A DNA stretch of 64,000 bases from an uncultured Solirubrobacterales bacterium (lineage in GTDB: Bacteria; Actinomycetota; Thermoleophilia; Solirubrobacterales; Solirubrobacteraceae). Both the position numbers and the translations under genes were made by a program. The stretch spans positions 11,092-75,091 of the forward strand of contig CAVUOP010000009.1 of assembly GCA_963743165.1 (NCBI GenBank). Reading direction: 5' to 3'. The notes beneath the pieces are model-generated. The model worked only from the letters and a program-made list of their open reading frames with translations, did not search any database and was not told the origin of the DNA. Positions 49,923 to 60,952 of this stretch are shown here, one piece after another. The number at the start of each line of letters is the position of its first letter. Within the stretch, counting starts at the first letter, position 1.

Positions 49923-50055
49923 CAAACCCATCCCCTCCCGGAGTCATCGAGAACACGACCACCCAGGAGATCCGGGCAGCACAAAACCACCCTGCGCACA
50001 AAGCCCAGGGCGGCAAAGAGACGGCGGGGCCTAGAAGCTAGCCAGCCCGGCCAAG
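49919..50055 (-). repeat. Conserved cassette leader, copy 1
   Basis: 137 bp, 8 mismatches and no gaps versus 59887-60023. Confidence 0.9.
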
Positions 50056-50100
50056 AGAGAGAGAGAGAGAGAGAGATGCGTCAGTGATGCTGACGCATCT
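50055..50100. repeat. (GA)11 microsatellite abutting a perfect 11-bp inverted repeat
   Basis: GA x11 at 50055-50076; AGATGCGTCAG-tgatg-CTGACGCATCT at 50074-50100. Confidence 0.85.
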
Positions 50101-50165
50101 AGTTACAACCCCAGACGGAGCCGTAAGACCATTAGCCGCGCCACGCGCGGTGCAAACAAGATCAC

Positions 50166-50351
50166 TCATCTCAAATCCCTCGTGAAGCGATCAAATCCCT
50201 CTCCAACACTTCCCTGCGGTCCCATGGAACCCGCAACAGCGGGAGGACCCAAAACCCGACCTATCAATGCCAGACACATGCCTGACATGAACAAGCCTAT
50301 ACCAACTCCAGCCCAAAAGTCAACCCCAAAAAGAACGGCCGTGTAAAGCAA
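50166..50351 (-). CDS. Possible small membrane protein or fragment
   Basis: 61-aa hydrophobic ORF in a lower-GC patch; no family recognised. Confidence 0.3.
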   Translation of the reverse strand: MLYTAVLFGVDFWAGVGIGLFMSGMCLALIGRVLGPPAVAGSMGPQGSVGEGFDRFTRDLR

Positions 50352-50424
50352 GAGTCAAGCCCGCTCTCACTCCGGGCGCTCCACGCTCCACTTCATCTCT
50401 TACTCTGATATCATAAAAGATGTC

Positions 50425-50757
50425 ATGCTCCCCTCCGAGCTGGTCCGCTCGACCCGCCAGCGCCTCGGCCTGAGCCAGCGCCGGTTGGCGCTGCGCGCCG
50501 GGACCACGCAGGCCGCGGTGAGCCGCATCGAGCGGGGCCTGGTCTCCCCTACCTTCACCACGCTGCGCGAACTGATGCTGGCAATGGGGGAGGAACCAGC
50601 GCTGTCCTCACGGCGACTGCCAACCGACTGGGACCCGGCGCACATGGCAAGCACACTGCAACGAACCCCCGAGGAGCGCCTGGCCCTCGCCATCTCCTGG
50701 AACCGAACAGCCATACGGCTGGCGAACGCCGGTCGCGCCACGCGTGACGATGGCTGA
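50425..50757 (+). CDS. XRE/Cro HTH protein (putative antitoxin)
   Basis: LGLSQRRLALRAGTTQAAVSRIERG; imperfect palindrome TGATATC..GATGTCA over the start codon. Confidence 0.8.
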   Translation: MLPSELVRSTRQRLGLSQRRLALRAGTTQAAVSRIERGLVSPTFTTLRELMLAMGEEPALSSRRLPTDWDPAHMASTLQRTPEERLALAISWNRTAIRLANAGRATRDDG

Positions 50758-51238
50758 ACAGCACCAGCCGCCCGACATCGAGCGCATCTTCACCGCGCTC
50801 GACGCCCACCAGGTCGACTACGTCGTCGTGGGCGGCATCGCCGTCCAGGTCCACGGCCACGTGCGCATGACCAACGACCTCGATCTGATCCCCTCCCCAA
50901 CCCCCGCCAACCTCAAGCGCCTCGCCGAGACACTGCAAGAGCTGCAAGCCCGTGTTCTGAACCCCGGCAGCGAGCACCTGCGGATCGACGCACGAATGCT
51001 CCCCCGCGTGACCCTATGGCAACTCAGCACACCCCACGGCGACATCGACATCCTGCACGACGCCCCCGGAGCAGCACCTTTCCCACAGCTACGCAATCGC
51101 GCACTGACAATCGCGCTCGGAGACCTCACGATCCCTATCGCCGGGCGCGACGACCTCATCAAGATGAAGAACGCCAGCGGCCGCCCGACAGACCTCGCCG
51201 ACGTGGCCGCGCTCACCGAGCCGGAGCACAACAACTGA
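50750..51238 (+). CDS. Nucleotidyltransferase-fold protein (putative toxin)
   Basis: VVVGGIAV..HG..RMTNDLD and K..SGRPTD..D motifs. Confidence 0.75.
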   Translation: MAEQHQPPDIERIFTALDAHQVDYVVVGGIAVQVHGHVRMTNDLDLIPSPTPANLKRLAETLQELQARVLNPGSEHLRIDARMLPRVTLWQLSTPHGDIDILHDAPGAAPFPQLRNRALTIALGDLTIPIAGRDDLIKMKNASGRPTDLADVAALTEPEHNN

Positions 51239-51340
51239 TGAAGAGCCTTACGAGCTCAGCGGGGATCGCTGCCATAGGCAACGGAGTCGTGTCTGTGCAC
51301 TCATTCATCGCGTAGCGCGATACACACTACAATGCCGCGT

Positions 51341-51592
51341 ATGGCCTCTGCTCCCCACCCGCTCTCGTTGCGACTGGGCCGTGAGGGATTGAGCGCGCTG
51401 GAGGATCTGGCGCGCCGGCGGGGCGTGAGCCGGGCGGAGGCGGCTCGCCAGGCGATCACGGAGACAGCCGAGCGGGAGCGCAGACGCCGCGGGCTGGCCG
51501 CCGAGGCCAGGCGCCTGATGGCAGACCGCGAGTATGTGCGCGAAGCACGCGAGGTGGCGGCCCTGATGGAGGAGCTGCGTGGTCCGGGGTGA
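51341..51592 (+). CDS. RHH/CopG-family antitoxin
   Basis: LSLRL..LEDLARRRGVSRAEAARQAI; TACAAT -10 seven nt before ATG 51341. Confidence 0.75.
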   Translation: MASAPHPLSLRLGREGLSALEDLARRRGVSRAEAARQAITETAERERRRRGLAAEARRLMADREYVREAREVAALMEELRGPG

Positions 51593-51896
51593 CGTCCACG
51601 AGATCACGCTGCCGCGCAAACGCGGCCACGTCCAACAGGGACGCCGCTACGCCGTGATCGTCCAGGCCGACGACCTGCTGACCCTCTCGACAGTCGCGAT
51701 CTGCCCGACATCGCGCGCGGCGTTCCCGGCGAGCATTCACCCGGAGATCACACTGCTGGACCAACCCACCCAGGTCCTCTGCGAGATGGTCGGAGCAGTC
51801 GACGCTCGCACACTCGGCGAGCAGGTGGGCCACCTGAGCTTGGAGGACATACGCGCCGTAGACGACGCGCTGCTGCTGGTACTCGACCTCCCCTGA
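51579..51896 (+). CDS. mazF: PemK/MazF-family endoribonuclease toxin
   Basis: RGDV..GHVQQGRRYAVIVQ..CPTS motif; overlaps the antitoxin gene. Confidence 0.85.
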   Translation: MVRGDVHEITLPRKRGHVQQGRRYAVIVQADDLLTLSTVAICPTSRAAFPASIHPEITLLDQPTQVLCEMVGAVDARTLGEQVGHLSLEDIRAVDDALLLVLDLP

Positions 51897-51925
51897 GCCA
51901 CGACCACGCCGCCGGCGGGTGCCGG

Positions 51926-52933
51926 CTACGCGTCCGTCTGTGCCTTGATGGCCTGCTTGACTTCCTCCCCGCGTGGGGTGAGCGTCCAGACATTGGGTTC
52001 GCCCTTGGCGTGCCCCTGCCCGGTGTTGCGGATCAACCCAAGACTTTCCAGACGCCGCAAGAGCTTCGAAATCTGCCCCTGATCCTCCACCCCCGCGGTC
52101 GCGGCGATCGCACGATTGGACGCCCCAGGCTGCGAGCCAACCGCAACAAGCACCCGCACGGTGCGATAGGTGAGGCGCATCTCAAGACCCCTGAGCGGAT
52201 CGGAGTGCTCGCGCCTGGCAGCACGAGTGAGCTTCGGCGCGGGCCGCTCGATCTCCTTACGCGCGGCAGCCGGCCCCAGGTACGGGCCGAGTATCAGCCC
52301 CATGAGCGGCCCAAGCAGATCGGTCAACGGCGCGGGGTCACGAACCGAGAGCCGGGCATGCACCAACGCAAACGCACCACCAAGCACCCCCTCGGCCGTG
52401 AGCGGCGGCGGCGGGGCCTTAGCCAGAACCCGCCCCTCATCCACAACTTCCACGAGCCGCGCCAGCAGTTCCGCGCGGTGCGCCAATACCCTTGACCCGC
52501 TCCCAAGCGCCTCCACCACGAGCAGCGTGCCCATGTCCGGCTCGTCATCCAGGAACAGCAGCAGCGCCGCGATCGCCGCCCGCAGCCGCGCCTGCCAGCT
52601 GCGCTCAACCAAATACGCCGGCAGCACCCGCCGCCCCGCCCGCTCCACCGCCTCCGCGAACGCGGCAGCGAGGCAGTCTTCGCGGTCGGAGAACATTTCA
52701 TAGAACGTGCGGCGCGAGACGCCCGAGCGCGCCACCACATGCGCGACCGTCGCGTTCGCAGCCCCGCGCTCCCCCGCGACTTCAGCCATCGCGGTGATCA
52801 TCCGCGCACGCTGGATCTCCGAGACCTTCTCGCGCCCAACGCTCGATATCTCACCACCGCGCTTGTCACGAACCTTCCCAGGACGCGCCTTCTTGTGCGT
52901 CCCGGCTGGACTCTCACGAGAGGACACTGGCAT
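51926..52933 (-). CDS. TetR + winged-HTH regulator, cassette 3
   Basis: Close paralog of 43333-44331. Confidence 0.85.
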   Translation of the reverse strand: MPVSSRESPAGTHKKARPGKVRDKRGGEISSVGREKVSEIQRARMITAMAEVAGERGAANATVAHVVARSGVSRRTFYEMFSDREDCLAAAFAEAVERAGRRVLPAYLVERSWQARLRAAIAALLLFLDDEPDMGTLLVVEALGSGSRVLAHRAELLARLVEVVDEGRVLAKAPPPPLTAEGVLGGAFALVHARLSVRDPAPLTDLLGPLMGLILGPYLGPAAARKEIERPAPKLTRAARREHSDPLRGLEMRLTYRTVRVLVAVGSQPGASNRAIAATAGVEDQGQISKLLRRLESLGLIRNTGQGHAKGEPNVWTLTPRGEEVKQAIKAQTDA

Positions 52934-52943
52934 TCCCTTTTAC

Positions 52944-55900
52944 CTACCTCCTCTTGCCGTGCTTGGGCCGCTTCTTCGCCTTGGCCTTCTTCGCCTTGGC
53001 GCAACCGGTGACGGCGATCTTGGTGTTCTGCTTGATGACGGCTCCGTTCTGCCCGGTGAGCGTGGGGGCATCGTGAGGCTGGTGCCGCACAGGCTCCCCT
53101 TCGCCTTCGCCGACAGGACCGCGGTGAGCCCGGAATGCGGCCCCTCGGGCAGCTTCAGCTCAAACGAGCTGATCGGGGCGTCGGGGACGCTTGCGAACGT
53201 CGAGCTGGTGACGCTCTTTTTGATGTTGATGCTGCCGATGAGTTCGAGCGTGACGCCTTCGCCCTGCAGGATCACGACGATGTTCGGGAACGCCGCGCCA
53301 CCGTGCGAGACGAGATACGCCGGGCCAACGACCGCGCTGGAGAGAACAGGCGTCCTGGCCGTGGCGGTCCCGATCACCGACCCCGCCGGGCACGACGCTG
53401 GGTTCGCGTCGAACGCCGCTTCCGGGCAGGCCTGCTGGATCGTGGAAAGCCGCGAAGGCAACGCCTTGGGCAACGTCACAGCAACGCTGTGAATGTTCGC
53501 CTGCGATCCCGTGGGGTAGCTGAGCTTCACATCCAGGCTCGCACCGTTCTTCTTGCTCGTCCCCGCCTGGGTGGAGACGGTGAACTTCGGCTTGAAGCCA
53601 AGGTTCGCGCAGTTCGCCGCCTGGAAGTGGCTTGAGACCTGGACGCTCGTGCCCTGCGTGCTCGTGACCGTCCCGCCCACGCTGAGCGGTTCGCAGCTGG
53701 TCGGGTTGAACATGAACCCCGAACGGTCGATCGTCACGTTCACCGTACGCACATCCAACGGAATGCCCTGCAGAATCGTCGGCAACGGATCGCTCACGAC
53801 GCTGATCTGAGCGGTATGCGGGTCCACGTTGATCGCCGCGCGCACAACGACGTTACCGAGATTGAATGGCCCCGCAACCGCCGGCACGACAAACGACAGC
53901 CCGAACGGGGCACCCTTGTAAGGGCCGGTGAGGAACACCTGTCCACCCTGCACGTAGAACGGGTCCGGTCCCACACCAGCAGCAACCGTCGCGTGCCCGA
54001 GCAGGCTCCCCGCACTACAGGCGCCCTGCGAGGCTTGCGGTTCGGGGCACTGCACCACACCCTTGAGGATCCCCAACAGCCCAGGTGGGGTCCTGACCGT
54101 GACCCCCGCCAGGTTCTGATCCTGATCAGAGCGAGAGAACGTCACGGTGAACGGGCTGAAAGCACCCGCCTGGTTGTTGGTGGTGCCCGCGGTGAACGAC
54201 GGGCTGAACCCACCCCCGCAGCCGCTGTCAATCTGGAAGCTGTCCGACGCCCTCACCGGGGGACCCGAATCAGGGGCAGACCACGGCGTCAACGAGGAGG
54301 TCGTTGTGTAGGTACCACATGCCGCGGGAGTGACCAACGGCGCGCGGGGACCTCCGAAGAAGTGCAGCTTCAGATCGCCGACGGGGAACTGCGGCGTTTC
54401 GTCAAACGTCGCCGTCAGCTGGCCCGTCACGGGGTCGGAGTCGAGCCGACCAGGAACCTTGATGAGCACCCCAGTCGTGGGGTCGTCGATCACGAGGTAG
54501 ACAGCCAGCAGTGTGTGGAACGGGTTTTCATTCTGCGCGGCGAGATACTCCGAGCCCTGCAGCACACCCGCCAACGCCGGCGTGCTCGCTTCCACGCTGC
54601 CGATCTTCGACGCATCCGGACAGGTCGGCTGCTCGTTGCTGCCCAGCGCAATCTGCGCCAGCGAGCACGCCGCGAGACCATCCGCCGCGGAGGGGTTCAC
54701 CGCCAGGCCCGCCGGCAGCGTCACGGCGGCCTTCTTCAACGGCGGCGTCGACAGTGCGGCGGGGTCCTCGTTCTGCGGGACCTTCAGCTCGACGTTGACA
54801 CCCGACGGGGTGTCGGCCTGGGTGGTTTCCGGCTGCGCGCTGAGCGAGGCATTGAAGCGCAGCAGATCGCAACCCGTCACTGGCGGGGATTCCGAGGTGC
54901 TGGACACCCAACTGGGGTCACTCAGATCGGGGGAGCCGTCCGCGTTGAACCGGCCCGGACTCTGCCAGGAATCCATGTGAATGGCCGTCGTCGGCGCTCC
55001 ACTTGAGCAGTCGGAAGGATTCGTGAACTGCGCGACCGGCGTGCTCCCATTGGCGTCTCGTTCAGATGGGTTCCCGTACAGGTTCACCACGATGTTGGTC
55101 AGTTCGATCTGCGGTACGTCGGGGCTCGTGGCCCGCAGCACGTAGCCCGCCAGGGTCGGCACGACGCTCACATACAACACATGAGTACCGTGGATCAGAT
55201 CGACATACCCAAACTCCGCGGCGACGCCGTGCTCGGGCGCAATGTTCCATAGCGGACTGTCCACCCCGGTGACCTCTGCTGGTTCGGTCAGGATGTGTCC
55301 AACCTTGGTATCGGACGGACAGTGTTCGCTGGAGGTGAGTTGGGCCAGGGTGCACGTTGGCGCAGCGAGCGCGCTGCCGGCAAACCCCAACGGCAGATCC
55401 ACAACCACATCCTTCAGTTCGCGGATGCTGGTGTCGCCAGTGGCTTCAACGGTGGTGGACTGGAAAACATTGTTGAGGTTGATCGTTTGAGTGAGTTCGT
55501 AGGGGTGATCGCCAGCCTGTGTATCCTCGTCGCCGTCCAGCCCTGCGATCAGCGAGGTAAACCCGCTGAATCCGAAAGACGGCGATATTCCGCCGTTCGC
55601 GTTCTGTGCGCTTCCCGAAGCGCCCGCCAAACCACCACAGGAGACGTTAGCCGTGTTGGTGAGCGTGGCTGCGGCGCCCGGTTCGACGGTCACGTAGAGG
55701 AACATCCTCAACCTGTCGCCTGGCTGCACTTGGAACGGCAATTCACAACGAGGCGCCACCGGGGGTGTCGAGCACAATCCAAACGGCGCCAAGTTGGTGC
55801 CCGTCGGCAACCCTACCCGTACATCACCAGACCAAAAGAATCTGATGCCTTGCAATGTCACACCTGGCGGCAGCGCGTCCGCAAGCGTGACAGTGCTGCC

Positions 55901-56137
55901 TTCCGCGGTCGGTTGACTTCCTGTGTTCGTCACAGTCACCCGATATGCGTCACATGTGGGAAAAGCATCGCCGGCCGTGCGTTCGCAGAGGCCGTTGTCG
56001 CCCACCGAGAACTCGGTGGGAGTCGCGAACGAATCGATCGACCAGTGTACCGACGGCATCGCGGCCGAGGACGAGCCGGCCAACGCTCCAAGCGACGCAA
56101 GCAGCATTGCGAGGGAATACACATATCTCCTGACCAT
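52944..56137 (-). CDS. Large secreted four-repeat protein, cassette 3 (apparent -1 frameshift near 53066)
   Basis: QAGDHP and four repeats; restoring one base gives the paralog-like end TLTGQNGAVIKQNTKIAVTGCAKAKK...KRR* (stop 52944-52946). Confidence 0.82.
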
Positions 56138-56140
56138 GAT

Positions 56141-59100
56141 CTACCTCCGCCCCTGCTTGACGTGCTTACCGGTCCGCACACCCCTGTGACTCTTTTTTTT
56201 CTTACGCTTCGCTCTCTTTCCAGACTTTGCTCTCTTCTTGGGTCCGGTCTTCCTTTTCGCGCTCACCGCGGGCGTCGTCGGCGTCGCGAGGTTCCCCGCG
56301 CCGCTGAACACCGCGCTCCCCGGCGCGCTGAATACCGGGGCCGTACCTGGTGTGCCGTGGCACGCTTCACCCTGACACCCGGATGCTGAGTGCGACGGGG
56401 CCACGATACACGGGTCGGCCGCCGTACAGATCCTTGCGTCGTAGTAGTCCACGCCCGAATCGGTGTCCTGGGGCACCAGTCGGTCGGCGGTCGTGAAGAA
56501 CACATTTGCACCTGTCGCATCGACGCCGACCAGATTCACAGCCGAGAAGCCACCGCCCCCAGAACTTTCAGCGAAGGAGCCGCTGAAGAACTGCGAGGTG
56601 TCCTTACCATCGGAGATCAGATACACCTGACCTTCGTGCCACTCATACACATTGCCCGCATAAATAGGTTCCCCTTCCGGGCCGGCTCCGAGCCGCACAT
56701 CGTTGAGGGCTCCCGGAGCCAGGGCGACGGGACTCTGGAAGAACACAAACGACCCATCATGCGACATCGTCGGATCCGAGCGTGCCGGATTAGCACCACG
56801 AAAGCCATGCTGCGCTGGCACGATGCTCGCGTTCCCACGCCAGCGTTCCCGTTGTCGTTGAAGCCATGCTCACCCGTCGAGATACGCACAAGCATCGCTG
56901 TCTGCGCGTCATAGCGAAACACCTGCTCCGCTCCTGTATTACTGGTTTCGTCCGCTGTCAGCCGTCCGTGGCTCGTGAACACCAAGAATCGCCCATCAGG
57001 GGTGACATTCGCCAGATGAAAGGATCCGTTCCAATTTCCCGAATCGGATGCGGGCAGCGCCGCGATGAACGCCACGCGACCTTCCGGATGGCTCGCGTCA
57101 CGCTCGAACACGTACAGATTCTCCGCCCCACGTCGTGCAACCTGGCCTCGACCATTCGCCACGCCGGTGAGGACACCTTTGGCGACGAAGTAAACATGCG
57201 ACCCATCCTGGGAAGTCGCAACCACGCCTTGCACCCGTGGCCCATCCCCACTCGAATCGCCCGCCGAAGCGTCGATCAGGTTATGCCCAGACGGGTTTGA
57301 GAAATCGTACTCATATAGGTTGCAGCCATTTACGGCAATCGTTTCAAGGCATCCCGATGCGTGTTGTGCGCTGTCGCCGCTGTGGCTGTCCTCGTTCGCA
57401 CTGTCGGTCAGCTGCTGGGTATCGGTGAAGAACACCTTCGACCCGTTCCCCGAAGCGCCCTCGAAATGCGCATCGCCGGGAGAAGATGCCAGACAAGCAG
57501 CGCTCGTGCAATCCAGCGGGGAGCGCCCCGAAACGAGGACCGTCCGCGACCCGTCGATACGGGCATACAGCTCGTCCGCAGGAACCGCAATACTCGCATT
57601 GACACCTGAACCCGCAGCGCACTTGTCCGCAGTGAAATACACAATGTCGCCATCGGCAGACACAAGGCCGCTAGGACTCCCGGGGAGGCCCCCCGCTCCA
57701 AGTTCTGTCCCGCAGACACTGATCAGGTCGGTGCTGCCCGAGCCGCCACTCACGCCAACCAGAGCGGGCTGAGGATTACCGGCACCCACATACTCATATA
57801 CACTGTCTTCTTCACCTGCGGTCGCATCAAAAGGCCAACGGCCTCCCCTGTGACCTTCGTATACGATGTGAGAAAAGTCAGCCGTTCCACGCACCCCGTC
57901 GATAGAAGACACAAAATCGTTTGAGCCAAGTGGCCCGGACGACGGCGGGCTCGATGGACCGACATCAACAAATGACCCATCCGGCCGACGCACATAAAAA
58001 TCGTCCTCCCCAGCAGGTGGCGTGGCGATGCTGAACACCGCACTACCCGTATCCGCGTTGACAATTTTTTGAGTGTTCTGGCCGAACTGCGTTGCTGGGG
58101 GCGCCATGGCAGTCGTCACCCACCCTCCGCTCCCACGCGTAAACGCATACGGCTCACCCTCGCTGTTACCCCTTTCAGAGGTACACGAGCCGGCGCTTGC
58201 GAAGCACTGAATACTTACGCCGACCAGACGCGAACCGTTTTCTGCGACAGCAGGAGGAGCGCCAAGGGCCAAGTTGCCCACCGCAGCGCCGTTCTTTTGC
58301 GGCGGCGTGACCATTTCATACGCACGGTTATCCGGCAGCCCACCACCCGTGGTGTCGTATACGAATGTGTGATCGCTGCCGGTGGTGGTGCCGTTGCTGT
58401 CGTGCGCGATGACACGCCAGTGGTATGTCGTGTTCGCCTGCAGGCCCGCAACGTGCTGCGATACCGCGACATCGCCTGTGCCAGCGCCAATGTCCGCATC
58501 GGGCACCGGCACGCTCGCGCCGTACGCCGTGCTCAGGCCGTACTCGAAGTGGTAAGTGGCGTCCAGGCCCTTGGGGTCGATCGCGGCGGTCAGGTCCACC
58601 GAGCCGGCCGTCAGGTTCGCCGTGGACGCGCTGTCGATCACCGGCACGGGCATCGTGGTGAACGTCCTGTCAGCGCTATGGACAGAGCCATTCGCGTTGC
58701 TCGCCACGATCCGGTAGTGGTAGGTCGTACCGCCCTCCAGTTCGCCGACGGTCGTGGAGGCTGCTACCTGGCTCGACCCGGACCCCGCATCCGCGGGCAA
58801 CGCCGGGGCCGTCTGGCCGTAGCTCGTGGTAGTCCCGTATTCAAACTGGTAGGTCGTCTCGCTGCCCTCGGGGTTGACCAGCGCGTTGACCGTCGCGGTC
58901 GTCGTCTGAACATTCGTCGCTGCTTCCGGCACGACACGAGAACCCGGAGTCGGACCGAAGACATACACCTTTCCATCCGCGGCATTGGCTACAAAGACAT
59001 CGCCCGTGAGGGGGTCTACGGCGATACCGCCAGAGCCGCCGCTGGCGAGCTGCGCCGAGCCGAACTGCGGCAGCTGATTCTGGGCGGAGTCGTACTCGGC

Positions 59101-59890
59101 GACATAGGACATGTCATCGACGTAGAGATCGTCGGTTGAGAGGTCCGTCGCAGCGGCGGTCTGACAAAATCCACAATTGTCGACGAGCCCGAGTTCATGT
59201 CCGGCGCTGTCGAACTTTGCCACGCCGAAACCGCGCGTCGGGTAACTGTTGCCGTTCGAGTCGACCGAACCCAGGTACATCACCGGCGGCGGTGTTGAAC
59301 TGGAAGATCTGACTCCCCGACGGATCGAACTCGATGACGTTCGAGCTTGAGTCATAGACCCACACATCTCCCGAACCGTCCACACCGACCCCCGCCAAGC
59401 CGGAGAACGAACCGCCGACTTCGCCCAGATAAGCCCCCGCGGAGCTGAACTTGTCGACCGCGTCATGTCCGGCGTCGACCACATACAGGTCCCCCGCCGA
59501 GGGGTCGCCCGGGCTCGTCGAGTTATCCACCGCGAGCGCCGCCGGTTCAGCGAACGAGAACGAACCCGCCGCCGTCGCGCTGCCCACCACGCCAGCGCAC
59601 TCACTCGCCGAAGGCACCGCACTGCCCGTGATCTGACACGCATACTGATATTCACCGGAGCCGTTGAGCTTGAACTCGTCGACCACGTTGTTCGCCACGT
59701 CCGCGACAAACACGTCGCCCGCGCGATCGACCGCGACGCCACCCGCCTTCCCAAACGAACCCGCGGGCGTCCCGCTCCCGTCGAAACTCGCAAGGAACGG
59801 ATGCGAGACTTCCGCGAACGCGGACCCGGTGATTGACACAAACAGCACCGCCACCAACCCAGCGAGTACCACCACAAACCGACGAGTCAT
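56141..59890 (-). CDS. Secreted NHL-repeat + 2 FN3-like + beta-propeller protein, cassette 3 (two apparent frameshifts)
   Basis: Joined from three ORF pieces with breaks near 59266 and 56835: GVAVD NHL repeats, FEYGxxTxYG repeats, LPDNRAYEMVTP propeller start, Lys/Arg tail. Confidence 0.78.
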
Positions 59891-60023
59891 CAAACCCATC
59901 CCCTCCCGGAGCAATAAAGAACACGACCACCCAGGAGATCCGGGCAGCACAAAACCACCCTGCGCATAAAGCTCAGGGCGGCAAAGAGACGGCGGGGCCT
60001 AGAAGCTAGCCGACCCGGCCAAG
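59887..60023 (-). repeat. Conserved cassette leader, copy 2
   Basis: 94% identical to 49919-50055. Confidence 0.9.
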
Positions 60024-60062
60024 TAAAGCTGGGGTCAAGCCTCGGGCGAACCCCGCCTCGCC

Positions 60063-60944
60063 TCAAGCCCCGCCCATCATGTGCGCGGCCGCCAACCCCG
60101 CCCACTCCCCATAAGGCATGAAGAACTCCCTGACCTCCCCCTCCTGAGCCCGCACACGCGGATCGCCCCCAGACAGATGCCGCCCGACGAGCTTGAGGAA
60201 CCCAAGATCCCCAGCAGGCACCTGGTCATGGCGCCCCTGCCCATAAAGCGCAAGCATCTCAACGGTCCAAGCCCCGATCCCGGGAATCGCAAGCAACCGC
60301 CGCCAGCCACCCTCGTGATCGGGCCCATGCAGATCGATGCGCCGCCGCGCAACTTCGCGGGCGGCACGCACGAGCGTGCGCGCACGCGCCCCACCGAGAT
60401 CAAGCGACTGCAAGAACGCGGGCGAAACCCCGGCAAGGGCGTCAGGCGAAGGCACATCACGCAGCGCAACCCCATCACTCCCCACACAACTTGGCCCAAG
60501 GCGCCAGACGAGCCGACGCTCGATCGCAGCAGCCCGCTCAAACTCGATCAGCTGCTCGCAGATCGCCCAAGCAAGCGCCTCAAACGGCTCGGGCCGGCGC
60601 CGAATGCGCAACCAGAGCCGGCGACGAACCGAAGCCCCGATCAGGGGATCATCGCGGAAGCGCGCGTGAAAGGGACGCAGGTCATCGTCAACCCCAAGCG
60701 CGAAGCGCATGCGCGCAATCCCATACTCGGCTGCCGCGCGTGTATCGGCGCGCGCCCCGAAGAGCACGGCCTCAGGCGCGGTCTGCGCAACACGCACGAC
60801 AACCGGCCGGCCCTCATGGTGCAGGAGACGCGAAAGCACGCCGCCGCGATGGCGCAGCACCCCATCGGCCCCACCATGCAGCGGCAGGCGAAACGGCCAG
60901 AGCGGCCGGACCTCCCGGCGCAGCTCCGCCCCGCCCAACTCCAC
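60063..60944 (-). CDS. alkA: DNA-3-methyladenine glycosylase II family (HhH-GPD)
   Basis: PFEALAWAICEQ, LLAIPGIGAWT and PAGD motifs. Confidence 0.8.
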   Translation of the reverse strand: MELGGAELRREVRPLWPFRLPLHGGADGVLRHRGGVLSRLLHHEGRPVVVRVAQTAPEAVLFGARADTRAAAEYGIARMRFALGVDDDLRPFHARFRDDPLIGASVRRRLWLRIRRRPEPFEALAWAICEQLIEFERAAAIERRLVWRLGPSCVGSDGVALRDVPSPDALAGVSPAFLQSLDLGGARARTLVRAAREVARRRIDLHGPDHEGGWRRLLAIPGIGAWTVEMLALYGQGRHDQVPAGDLGFLKLVGRHLSGGDPRVRAQEGEVREFFMPYGEWAGLAAAHMMGGA

Positions 60945-60952
60945 GCCGTCGC

